NCBI GenBank assembly: GCA_004764695.1
Contig: SMSO01000037.1
Location: 1,588,747 to 1,652,746 of the forward strand
DNA: 64,000 nt
Source of the DNA: Schizochytrium sp. TIO01
Taxonomy: Eukaryota; Protista; Bigyra: Labyrinthulomycetes
Reading direction: 5' to 3'
In this document: positions 30,975 through 40,943 of the stretch, piece by piece
How the letters are laid out: each line of letters opens with the position of its first letter
Position numbering within the stretch: the first letter of the stretch is position 1
Notes under the pieces: model-generated
Database searches by the model: none
Seen by the model: the letters and a program-made list of their open reading frames with translations, nothing else
What the model was told of the DNA's origin: nothing
Program-made: the position numbers and the translations under genes

Positions 30975-31775
30975 ATGACAGGTGAGTCGGTAGAGGCAAA
31001 ACCAGAACGGCCGCTTGCACCCTTTGGCTGGAATCTTGTCGGGGTGACCCTACGTGAGGCTTTACGAGGGCTCCAAGACGACGATGGACTTTCTGACGAG
31101 GCCTCTCGGCTCGCCGAAGACCAGCTAGAACTGTCGATGCAAGCAGCAGTATCGCAAGCCGTGGCTGCTGACTTTGCAGCACAAGAACAAACTGCAGAAG
31201 CTTTGCTTGGAGAACGCCCTCGCAAGCGAAGACGTGAGCGAAAAGGAACGATGCGTGAGGCACCTGCAGGGCATCGTGTGAAGCTTCAGCCCGCTGCGAA
31301 CTTGCAAGCGCAAGTGAAAACATTCAAGATACTTAACGGAGACATTGCCTTTGAATTGAAAGATGTACGATTAACTACCCACCATTGCGGGATCTATCAT
31401 TGTGAAGAGGCTGGGTTAATAGCCGCAAACCCCCATAAGAACAAGCAAGACATCTCACATGGCCTTGGTCTGTGGACACCTGTCAAGATGCACAATGCAG
31501 GTTCAAAGACCAACCAGACAGGTCTTGTTGAAAGTAAAAATATAGCATCTGCTTCGTGTTTGAGTTCAAATAATAAGGAAACGAAAACAAGAGAAGATAA
31601 TATCCATAATTCTGATAGGAACAGCAACAATAAGAACCTTACCAATCACAAAGATGACACTGATGCTGGTGGACCATATAATAGCAGAGATGACAACCCA
31701 GTATCTCCATCATCTGCATCTTCACCGGAATCGTCTCCAGGGTCTTTGCGTGGTGTTTTTGTAGATTCTGAGTAG
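30975..31775 (+). CDS. Divergent TFIIA small (gamma) subunit-like protein with internal basic insert and disordered C-tail, 266 aa
   Basis: NLVGVTLREALRGLQDDDGLSDEASRLAEDQLELSMQAAVSQAV matches the pattern of the TFIIA-gamma helical half. LQAQVKTFKILNGDIAFELKDVRL...EEAGLIAA matches the beta half. The CDS itself is well supported; the family call is by eye. Confidence 0.6.
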   Translation: MTGESVEAKPERPLAPFGWNLVGVTLREALRGLQDDDGLSDEASRLAEDQLELSMQAAVSQAVAADFAAQEQTAEALLGERPRKRRRERKGTMREAPAGHRVKLQPAANLQAQVKTFKILNGDIAFELKDVRLTTHHCGIYHCEEAGLIAANPHKNKQDISHGLGLWTPVKMHNAGSKTNQTGLVESKNIASASCLSSNNKETKTREDNIHNSDRNSNNKNLTNHKDDTDAGGPYNSRDDNPVSPSSASSPESSPGSLRGVFVDSE

Positions 31776-31827
31776 AGCAGCTTTGATTCTGGCCTCATCC
31801 ATCCCCATTCTTTTAAACAGTTGTCTG

Positions 31828-34686
31828 TTATACCTGAATATATGAACTGTAGACTATTTCACGAACTTTAAAGTATGTTGCTGAAACAGGCCCTTCAACA
31901 AGAACCTGTTGTCCTCCATTTTCCAACAAGACTGTTACAGAATCCTTGCAAACAATGTAATTGTCCACCAGTCTTGGGTCGACCTCGTCTTTAAACTCCT
32001 CAAGTTTCTTGAAGATCTCATACTTTGATACTGAAGTGAATACCAACTGCGGTTCTTCTGACCGAGCCTTTGGCTCAGGAAGCGGACGTATTACTGGCAT
32101 TCGTGCGCGGCCTGTATTGAGCATAGCTGTGCCTGAAACAGTACCGTCAAGAGCAGTAGCGTCCTCCAGGGGTTCAACAAGCCCCTCTACATAACGAATG
32201 CCGATGCGAGTCGGACCAACATTTCCAGCTCCCCTGGATCGACGAGCCTTTTTGGTGTCACCAAGCATCAACGCACGCGGCGCACTGTATAGAGGATAAG
32301 CTGAGTCAAAGAGACCACGATCAAGCTCAACACGCCACATTCCTACATCAGATGAAACGTCCACGGTCTCGCTAATTTGTGGGCCCACTGCAGTTTGAAT
32401 TGCACTATCTAAACAACGTTGAACCATATTTTTCGTATCTTCATCGGTTCCATGGACGATGACAACCTTGCGTAGACCTGTAGGCTTGAGAAGCCCGACA
32501 ACATGCATAATATCAAGGCCACTTGCTCGTCCTTCCATATCTACGAATGCAAGAGAGCATCGCAAATACAATGGCACATCTTCCGTTACGCATGTTCGTG
32601 GGAGATTTTGCCGCCTTTCCCGAGGAAGGAGTGCGTCCATAAGTGCGTTGCCTTGCTCACGGCGACGCTTACGTCGTTTCCGAACTGGCTCCCCTTCACC
32701 TCCTGCTCCAGGTTCACCGCCCTCAGTACCTTCCACAGTGGCACCTCCGCCTGCAACAGACTCGCTATCGAGATCATCATCACTTGCTCCGTAAGGGTCA
32801 TCATCATCATCATTGATAGCCCCGTTACCAGCCTCATTTCCATCCTTTGCCTCGGCAGTACCAGTACCTTCAGCTGTACCAGTGCCACCAATCATATAGT
32901 CTTCGTCTCGAATAACCTCGCCATATTCATCCCAACGCTTTGTTCGTTCGGGCTCGTAAGCGCTAAACATGCTTCGGCTCGCATCAGAAGAGCGACTCGC
33001 AAATACTGCGAAAAGGCCTCCGCCAGTGCGCGCAGCATCATCACTGGTAGCTTGAGTTGAACTTTGTTGGCGAACCAAAGCTGCAGTTGGGCGGCCATTG
33101 TTTCCAGTATCACCAGGTGCCCCGAGAGCAGCTCCGTTCGTAGCGACCTCACTGGAAGCTGGGACGCCTTCTTCCTCTGCTCCACCATCTTGCTCAATCA
33201 TTTTATCGATGTCAAGATCCTCTTCCATACCATCCATTGCCATATCATCACGAAGTGCCTTGGCCTCCTCTTCTCTGTGCTTGCGACGCATTTCTGCCTG
33301 GACTCTCTCGCGCTGCTCCATGCGCCAACGTACGAGGTCCTGACCAGTTTTGTACTCCCAGTGTGGCATTGCCAGCTCTACTCGCATGTTGGCTGTCTGG
33401 AGCTGGTCTGTTCGTTGAGACTGTAGCTCATCATAGAATCGTCGGGCCAAGGAATCACGAACCATTGAACGATCCGTAAGAAGAACCATGTGGCCCTCAG
33501 TGGATCCATAGTAAGCCAATAGTTGGCGGGCGGCACCGCTTTCGAGAGAGCTTGAGGATGCCAGGACGACCTTTGGGTCGCGGATGTTATGGACTTGCTC
33601 CACTGTAGCAACGACTTGAACGTGACTTAATTCAAATGGGTTGCGGCGGGTTTTTTCAAATTCCGCTGCAATATCCTTGTGCATATATTCGATATTAGTT
33701 CGGGCAAAGTCAAGAACAGAAGCGGCAGAAGTAACGAGAACGATAGGGTAAGTGAGCTTGTTCTTAGTAAAGTACGAGTCAAGAACATAAAGAAGCTCAA
33801 GCAAACGGCCACCACTATCAACAGGCATGAGAACGTTGCGGTTACGGCGAAGTACAGTAAGGACTTTACGCCAGAGGTCTTCGCGCCGCCGCATCATATC
33901 ACGTGCTGGTCTACGAAAGTTATATGCGTCTGTAATCATAAGAGTAGGTTTGAGACGATCAATCTTAGAGAACATGCCTTCAAGGTGACTATCACGGGCG
34001 TGGTTAAAGTCTACCGCATATAGAATAACGTCAGGTTCGCGACGAATACGCCACATGGCCCCACCGAGGATTCGTCCTGCAGCAAGAGCGTCGATCTCAA
34101 TTGGGCTGACAGACTTACCACGGACGGTAATTGGGAACTCGTAACCGATGTCTTTGATACGTTGCTCGAGCACGTCCACGTCATCGAGGTCAAAGGCATC
34201 GAAGGGGCGCTCCCTAGCGCGAGAGATGTAAGCATCATAGAGGAACTGAATTCCCAACTGTTTTGTCGGATTTGTCATGTAGATTGCAGCAGATTCGTTC
34301 AATTTGAACTCTTTCATGACGTATGGAAGACCTCCCATGTGCTCGAGATCAGCGAAGCTGATGAGAACGAGATCAACAGTGGGAACCACAGCGCGAAGAG
34401 GTTCAAGAATAGCAGGGTCAAAGTTGTCATTCCATCCGCAGTCCAACAGGATGCGAGTGTCATCGATCTGCAAAAGATACGCCAGAGGGTCTTCATTGTG
34501 GGCTCCGCACAGCGGCGTGAAAAGCACGCGCTCGTCCATAGAGCTCGGCTCCTGATCATGGCCACGGGCCTCCACAAGTGCATTGCTTCCACCCTGGGCA
34601 GCAGTGCTCTCCTCACGCGAAGGAGCAGGAGGAGAGCTCTCACGAGCAGCACCGTTGCTGGTCGCCTCGCCATCCTCAGAAGCCAT
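31828..34686 (-). CDS. CPSF2: Cleavage and polyadenylation specificity factor subunit 2 (CPSF100), 952 aa
   Basis: Degenerate metallo-beta-lactamase/beta-CASP motifs: YLLQIDDTRILLDCGWND, LISFADLEHMGGLPY, AGRILGGAMWRI, YAVDFNH, VLMPVDSGGRLLEL, PKVVLAS, WDEYGE, DMEGRASG, VIVHGT and terminal EGPVSATYFKVREIVY. Confidence 0.95.
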   Translation of the reverse strand: MASEDGEATSNGAARESSPPAPSREESTAAQGGSNALVEARGHDQEPSSMDERVLFTPLCGAHNEDPLAYLLQIDDTRILLDCGWNDNFDPAILEPLRAVVPTVDLVLISFADLEHMGGLPYVMKEFKLNESAAIYMTNPTKQLGIQFLYDAYISRARERPFDAFDLDDVDVLEQRIKDIGYEFPITVRGKSVSPIEIDALAAGRILGGAMWRIRREPDVILYAVDFNHARDSHLEGMFSKIDRLKPTLMITDAYNFRRPARDMMRRREDLWRKVLTVLRRNRNVLMPVDSGGRLLELLYVLDSYFTKNKLTYPIVLVTSAASVLDFARTNIEYMHKDIAAEFEKTRRNPFELSHVQVVATVEQVHNIRDPKVVLASSSSLESGAARQLLAYYGSTEGHMVLLTDRSMVRDSLARRFYDELQSQRTDQLQTANMRVELAMPHWEYKTGQDLVRWRMEQRERVQAEMRRKHREEEAKALRDDMAMDGMEEDLDIDKMIEQDGGAEEEGVPASSEVATNGAALGAPGDTGNNGRPTAALVRQQSSTQATSDDAARTGGGLFAVFASRSSDASRSMFSAYEPERTKRWDEYGEVIRDEDYMIGGTGTAEGTGTAEAKDGNEAGNGAINDDDDDPYGASDDDLDSESVAGGGATVEGTEGGEPGAGGEGEPVRKRRKRRREQGNALMDALLPRERRQNLPRTCVTEDVPLYLRCSLAFVDMEGRASGLDIMHVVGLLKPTGLRKVVIVHGTDEDTKNMVQRCLDSAIQTAVGPQISETVDVSSDVGMWRVELDRGLFDSAYPLYSAPRALMLGDTKKARRSRGAGNVGPTRIGIRYVEGLVEPLEDATALDGTVSGTAMLNTGRARMPVIRPLPEPKARSEEPQLVFTSVSKYEIFKKLEEFKDEVDPRLVDNYIVCKDSVTVLLENGGQQVLVEGPVSATYFKVREIVYSSYIQV

Positions 34687-34729
34687 GACGAAGGCAAGAG
34701 AAAGGGTTGCCTGAAGAAGTCTAACGAAT

Positions 34730-34732
<3 letters not shown>

Positions 34733-34760
<28 letters not shown>
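34733..34760. repeat. (AT)14 microsatellite just upstream of CPSF2
   Basis: Read directly. Confidence 0.9.
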
Positions 34761-36122
34761 CGCTCCTGACTCGCACGCCTATCCAGATATGCGAAGAGAG
34801 CAGGGCACGTAGTTGCCCAGACTGAGATTGAGATTGATTGAGGTTGAGTTTGATTGAGGAAGTCACCAAATTATAAACAATGAAATCAGTAAGCAATGAA
34901 AAAATGAAAAAAATGAGAGGTGTCTAGCTATGTATTAGTGGCTACATACTACCCAGGGAGGAACCTATCCTATTAGTAGCTATTCTTATAGTCTTGCTTC
35001 ATATGAATTTTTATTAGGCCAAGGCGTCTCACGGAGTGCCTGGAAATCAGCACAACAAAAGCAGGCGACAATTACTTTAGAGTTTAGGAGACACTCATTG
35101 ATAAATTGAACTTGGGTATTAGTCTAGTTTTGATCCGGCAGTTATTGTATTGATGATGAGAATGATGATATCTGATGCATAACTCACTTCACACTTATCC
35201 TCTTCAGGAAAACGTTCACATTCACGTTTAAGTATTTCTTCATCAATCGCGTATAGGCCATACACGATGCATTTTCAATCTTGAACCATATTTGGCAGGA
35301 CCCTATGACAATACCCATAAAGAATAATATATGGACATGAACAGTAGTGCGAAATGTTCTATTTGCTTGATGTACATTTATTTAGGAGAATTAGCTTTCA
35401 AATTCAAAATCGAATTTTCAGTAAAGATGAAGTTCTAACCACAAGTTTTCGCAGCTCATAATTTCGATGTCATGATGGCAATAACTTTGCGCGTCTTTGA
35501 ACTTCATGCGAAGCCATAATCCAGACATCTCTAGGAGTTATTGCAAGATTTGGAATGTTGAAGGCAGTGAATCAGAAAATGAACATTTAGAATAGCAAAC
35601 GACAAATGACCTATTACTGATCATAAAATTGCGGCAATTAAGTGGCTATCTTTGCGTACTGGCTTTGAACTCATTCTGTAATACTGTTCATTACAATATC
35701 ATACAGTTCACGAGAATGCAATTAGAATAGAACTTAACTACCGATTGGTAGCCATAATAGAGTCTTGATTCACACATTTGCTTACATCCCTCTATGTTGG
35801 GTTTCCCTCCGCAAGGGTCTAAATGTAACATGTTATTGTCAGTATATTCCTCTTTCGCATCTGCCGCCAATATCAGATTCAGTTTCTCTATTATAGACTT
35901 TGCATCTTTTTCACACAGTAAAAGGTAAGCCTATATGAAAATTAGGAATTGCAGACCTCACTGTTAACTTGTAGTACGTGTTCATTGGATAAGCACAATT
36001 CTTAATGAAGGAGTTCCACGGTGCCACAACACCTTAATGCCGAATTCTGATATAGTCCTATGCAGGTCTTACTATTTCATTAATAATCTCGCTTCCAACC
36101 AGCTGTGCCATCCCCTTAGACT

Positions 36123-36152
36123 AAACCAAACCAAACCAAACCAAACCAAACC
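36123..36152. repeat. (AAACC)6 pentanucleotide microsatellite
   Basis: Read directly. Confidence 0.9.
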
Positions 36153-36233
36153 AATTGGGCCTATATTTCTGTCTCACAAACTTCTCTTGGCTTGATCCCC
36201 CTTTCCCTGTCTCATAATTCATATTTCTTCGCA

Positions 36234-36617
36234 ATGTCTGCTTCTGACCGTGAGATGGCTGCCATGGCACGTCGTTTGCGTGCCCTTGGTGTTCAAGATG
36301 GTGTTGCTGCGGAAGAGACTGACAATGCGGCGGTGGACGCTGCCTTCGACGCAGGCTTTGGTCCTGCCTTTGCACGTGCGGCTGGTGTGGGCAGAGCACT
36401 GGGAAGGTTGCGTGTGGTAGCAAACCCGCCTTCACATGAGGCGAAACAGCTGTATGCAGTGGCAGCACAAAGAAGGTTCACGGAGGGTCAAGACGCAGAG
36501 AGAGCGCTAACGGAGAAAGTACCTGCGCTTAAAGCGCTGAGGGAAGGTCTTGGAGAATGCAGCAGCGGAAATAGTGGCTGCAAGATTACTCAAGTCGAGA
36601 CAGAGAACATTGCGTGA
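36234..36617 (+). CDS. Small Yae1/Lto1-like (Yae1_N) protein, 127 aa from the first ATG
   Basis: GC-rich ORF; the track's start at 36192 is a TTG and the first ATG is at 36234. REMAAMARRLRALGVQDGV...AFDAGF...GRALGRL follows the Gly-periodic GxxDG...GFxxGx...G pattern of Yae1. Confidence 0.55.
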   Translation: MSASDREMAAMARRLRALGVQDGVAAEETDNAAVDAAFDAGFGPAFARAAGVGRALGRLRVVANPPSHEAKQLYAVAAQRRFTEGQDAERALTEKVPALKALREGLGECSSGNSGCKITQVETENIA

Positions 36618-37276
36618 GATGACAACTTCATGCACGACAGCGAATCTGCTCGGGTAAAATTCCTAGCTATCGGAACGAGTTGTCAGTAGTTTAACGCGAA
36701 GGTCCATGATTTCTTATTCATCGCACTTTTTTAAACACATGTCGAATATGGCATACATGTCAATGAGTCTGAATGGATTCCTCGAAAGATGGATGCCAAC
36801 AAGAATATTACCATGAGCTCAAAGAGCTGGGCCAGGTAATCGTAAAATTTATGCAGATGTAGAGACCTTGTGGGTGATGAAAATGTGGAAGCAGTGAATG
36901 GATGAATGATTGAGTGTACGGTGTTTTGACTGCGAAAACGCGCGGGAGTTGTGGCATATTAGAAACAAATGCAATTGCAGACAATATTCGCGTATACCAT
37001 GAATAAATGTCAACAGCGAGGAAACTCAAAAGTTTTATCCTCATGCCTAGTCATTGCAATATTTTGTTTCATTTATTTATTCGGCTACTAGCTGGCGTGC
37101 AACGGGAACTGATGCTATTGACTGTTTACTATACAATTCATGCTGGGTTCTACCTTAAGTCATCGCACCATGCTTGATCAAGATGTTTGGAAAAAACAAA
37201 AGCTTATCACAAGAGGATCAAGCTATCATTTCTTTTGTTTGGATATCATTGTAAATCAAAGGTACTCAGCAAGATT

Positions 37277-39613
37277 TTAATGAGGAATAATCTCAGCCAG
37301 AGGAGGCTGCAAGATTTCCTTTAGCCACTTCGCCAACCCATGCATACTCCATGAATTGGAAATAGGCATTGACACCCCATTGAGAATTCTCTTCAACACT
37401 TCGTCTTCCACTTCTTTGGTGGGGTCATAAAGGCAAGTCTGGGCGAAGACTATGGCCTCCTCAATAGTAAGCCTCTCACAGCCAGGCCACTGGCTCATCC
37501 TTTGAGTCTTATTTTGGTTCCATATTGCGCTGCGCTCAGCAGTATTTAATGCTTGTAATAATGGAAGTAAAACTTTTTGTGCAGGCAACAGTTTCTCTTG
37601 GAATGTCTTCATATCTATATCCTGTCGCCAATGAGAAATACAAGCTCCTTTTAGCGGTAATGATTTGTCTAGGACTATAAACGAACACTGGACATAACCA
37701 TTCCCTAGGCGAGATGAACGAGTAACTTCTGCTTGATTAATGATGTCTGCGAGGTTCCACGCACTTGACTCCTGGCTGTCTTGTATACTCGGAGTAGCTA
37801 ATACAATTAACAGCGAGTTGTCTGCTTGTGTGTGAAGCAAGTCCCAAATCAGTGCTCCCCTCCTTTCATACTCTGGAATAATAGTCAAAGTTTCAAAATT
37901 TTCAAGACTAACTCGCTCAAATTGGTGTTCTTGGAGTTTTGTGCGTAATTCCGCACGAAACTCGGGTGACGGGAAGGGACTATGCTCGCCCCGAAGCTCA
38001 CAATCGAAACGCCTTGAGTTCAGTGTGTCTTCATTAATGTCCCTGCCCTTATCTACAATAGTAGAATTACCACCAAGCTCCCAAACTACACACTTGCCGG
38101 GGTATACACGCGCACAATACTCCACTTGTTTTAAAAAGTGCATATCGGATTCACATAATGGCGTTAATAGCAGTATAATTACATGTGCAACTTGGATTGC
38201 TTGGTGACAACAATCGTCTAATATCTGCGAGTGAGTTACTGTCGAGCCACTTGAAGACAGTGCCTGCGCACATAAACTCAAGGGTTTTGCATCTAGTTCT
38301 GCACTGATGAAGTGCACTTTGGATACCGGAATAACTTTGAATTGATGACTTGCAGGTCTACATGAAGCATCAATACAAGCTAGAATTGGCCCCTGCTCGC
38401 AAAAAGCCCGAAGAAATATTTTATCGGACGTTGATTTTGTGAGAATACGGACGTTTGATTCACTGTGCGCACAAATCACACGAGGTAAACACAGAAGTGG
38501 TGCACCTTCCCGAGCCGTCAAGTACCAGAACATTCCCTCTGGAGGTGTGCAAAGCAATCTAATTTTGATTTCATACCATGGGCCATCGGTTCTGTTTAGC
38601 TGAATGCATTCTATCTCCATCAATGAACAGGGGTTATCATTGGATAACCTACCATTACTTGCGTGTGGTTTGTTTACCTTTACAATTTGGTCCGATGAAA
38701 CTAAAGGTGTCCTTACATTTCCATTTTGGTTGCCTTCTTGCTTCGTATAGTTTGTTTTCTCATCTTTTCTTTCAGGTTGACTCGGTGCAACTCTATGAGC
38801 AAAGTTCAGGCCACTATTATTTTTATGATCCTTAGGTTCGTCTGAAGGGGTCTCAATTTGAGCGAGTATGGATTCCGAAGGTTCGCTTGTATCAGTAACA
38901 TGGACTAAATTCTGTCGTGGCGGTGGCTTTCCCAAAACTTTAGGTCTTCCTTGCGGTGGTGGACGATCGCGCTTGAGAACAGAAGCTGTAGGAGGGCCAG
39001 GGGGAGGTGGGGGTTGCTTTTTTAAGTTTGTGACAAGATTCTTTCCTCCACTATGCAATGCTTTAGACATGTTTAACAGAAAATAATGAAATGTACGAAC
39101 CTCGGGTTCAGTGAAGTCTTCAAGAAAAGGGAGTCCACACGACTTCAGTGAGTCAATAAGCTTCTCAATGCGATCATGCTTCTCAGCATTTGTTAACTGC
39201 CCTCTACGAATCCTGGATCGTGGTATAGCAAAGACTTGTTCTCCTGAGTCTAAGTCTACATCGTATGAATTGTCTGCGTTAACCCTTCTCACTACTCCAG
39301 GTTGCCATTTGCCGATGACACCATGGCGTGTTTCGACCTTTTGGTTGGTCTCAAACGATCTGATAGTAGCATGCTGGTCTTGGGAAATCTGAATCTTACT
39401 TTTCGTGGTTTTGTTGAATTTAGATGATGTAGATTTATTCGACAAAGATGAGGAAGAGGATCCTAGCGAAGACGAAGATTTAGAGTGCTCCAGGTTAAAT
39501 TTAGACTCTCGTCTCCGGATTGTCTCTTGTTGCCTTGCCTGGGGCGATGGCAAAACGTCAATGCTATACTCTTGCGCCCAAGATCGTAAACTCTTTGGCC
39601 GCATTAGAACCAT
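37277..39613 (-). CDS. Hypothetical protein (~778 aa from the first ATG) with a Tudor/Agenet-like domain and a Pro-rich segment
   Basis: Long ORF; the track start at 39727 is TTG and the first in-frame ATG is at 39613. FETNQKVETRHGVIGKWQPGVVRRVNADNSYDVDLDSGEQVFAIPRSRIR is Tudor/Agenet-like; contains QPPPPPGPP. Confidence 0.75.
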   Translation of the reverse strand: MVLMRPKSLRSWAQEYSIDVLPSPQARQQETIRRRESKFNLEHSKSSSSLGSSSSSLSNKSTSSKFNKTTKSKIQISQDQHATIRSFETNQKVETRHGVIGKWQPGVVRRVNADNSYDVDLDSGEQVFAIPRSRIRRGQLTNAEKHDRIEKLIDSLKSCGLPFLEDFTEPEVRTFHYFLLNMSKALHSGGKNLVTNLKKQPPPPPGPPTASVLKRDRPPPQGRPKVLGKPPPRQNLVHVTDTSEPSESILAQIETPSDEPKDHKNNSGLNFAHRVAPSQPERKDEKTNYTKQEGNQNGNVRTPLVSSDQIVKVNKPHASNGRLSNDNPCSLMEIECIQLNRTDGPWYEIKIRLLCTPPEGMFWYLTAREGAPLLCLPRVICAHSESNVRILTKSTSDKIFLRAFCEQGPILACIDASCRPASHQFKVIPVSKVHFISAELDAKPLSLCAQALSSSGSTVTHSQILDDCCHQAIQVAHVIILLLTPLCESDMHFLKQVEYCARVYPGKCVVWELGGNSTIVDKGRDINEDTLNSRRFDCELRGEHSPFPSPEFRAELRTKLQEHQFERVSLENFETLTIIPEYERRGALIWDLLHTQADNSLLIVLATPSIQDSQESSAWNLADIINQAEVTRSSRLGNGYVQCSFIVLDKSLPLKGACISHWRQDIDMKTFQEKLLPAQKVLLPLLQALNTAERSAIWNQNKTQRMSQWPGCERLTIEEAIVFAQTCLYDPTKEVEDEVLKRILNGVSMPISNSWSMHGLAKWLKEILQPPLAEIIPH

Positions 39614-40943
39614 GATGCATGTGGTATTGACTGGAAGGAAATAAACTGTCTTTCTTGCAACCCTTAACCCTGCCTGGCGAAGAGTGTCGTTGTTCTGACA
39701 GCAGCAACAGTTTTCGCCACAAGCCAACCTTCTCCGCTTCTCTTGCAGCGTCGAACTTTATAACATTTCAATTTTTCAAATCGCAGAGTAAATACTATGA
39801 AAGTTATCCGTTGCACGCTTCCCGCATATGAACAACGTTTGATTAAGGTATCTCGATAGTCACCAATAACCACTGATTTCTAGCGCCTGTTTCCGAGGGT
39901 TGCAGGGCCCTATTCCATAGGATATATATTTCCCAATTGTGAAGTAAAGGAAATTGGTTACATAGATAACGCGAGCCTCAATGAGAGCCTAGAGGAGAGG
40001 AGCGTAATGAAAAGAAAAGAGACCTTTCAATTTTTAGCATGTTGTTGTTAGGAATACACTGCATCAAACAGTACTGGTACACAATCGATGTAGCACCTAG
40101 GTACTATCATCCTCATCCTTGTACCAAACCTGCTTCTTCTACCTGCCTACCTCAGCAGTACCATAACGTCCAGGATGAGCCTGGCCGAACGCCATCTTTA
40201 GTTAGACTCAAGATCGCTCCGAATTTCAAGGAAATGAAATGATAACTAACATTATCCCGCTTCCTGAGCGGGGGTAATGGCAGGGAGGACACACGGAGAT
40301 GCTCAACTCTTCAATCTCACGTGGTAGATAGGAGCCTAAATAGCTAATGAATTGCGGCTAAAATTTCATATCAAAGTCATCAGAGAGACGAAAACTTCGC
40401 GTAACCTCTTAATATTTAGTGCGATACAATGATCGGACTCGGCCAAGTCCTTCCTCCCTTTTCACCAGGTGTCTTAGTCATTACTACCCACCCACCCAAT
40501 TTGATCTGCAAGAGAGGTTATGAAAACAGGACCGATGAGCTCCGTAGAATAAATGTGAGGGCTTCGAGTCAAGCCTCGCAGATAGCTGGCAGTGCAGAAG
40601 CCTCAACGTTGGCGTTAGATTGCGCGCGCTGTGCTTATCATTATCCATTCTCACAACATGCATATTTTTACAAAAAGTTTTATTCCTCTTCTTCTTCGAA
40701 TGGGGAACTAATGAGTTCCTTTTATACTTTGCATGAGACATATAATAGGCTAGGTACTACCTACAATAGAGGTGTAAACTTTTGTAGGTTTCTATCTAAG
40801 ATAGAGATGCTCGACAAGAGCAACATATCTGCAAGCAGAAATTAAAGCAAACCTCGAATTAGGTGGTGCGCTTAGCAAGCCTGTTTTTCACGTCGCAAGA
40901 GGAAAGGGAATAACGTGTATAGCGTTTGCCATATTTGGCCATA

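Noticed and set aside
36123-36152. (AAACC)6 considered as an interstitial telomeric repeat
   Set aside because: It does not match TTAGGG/TTTAGGG-type units; treated as an ordinary microsatellite.
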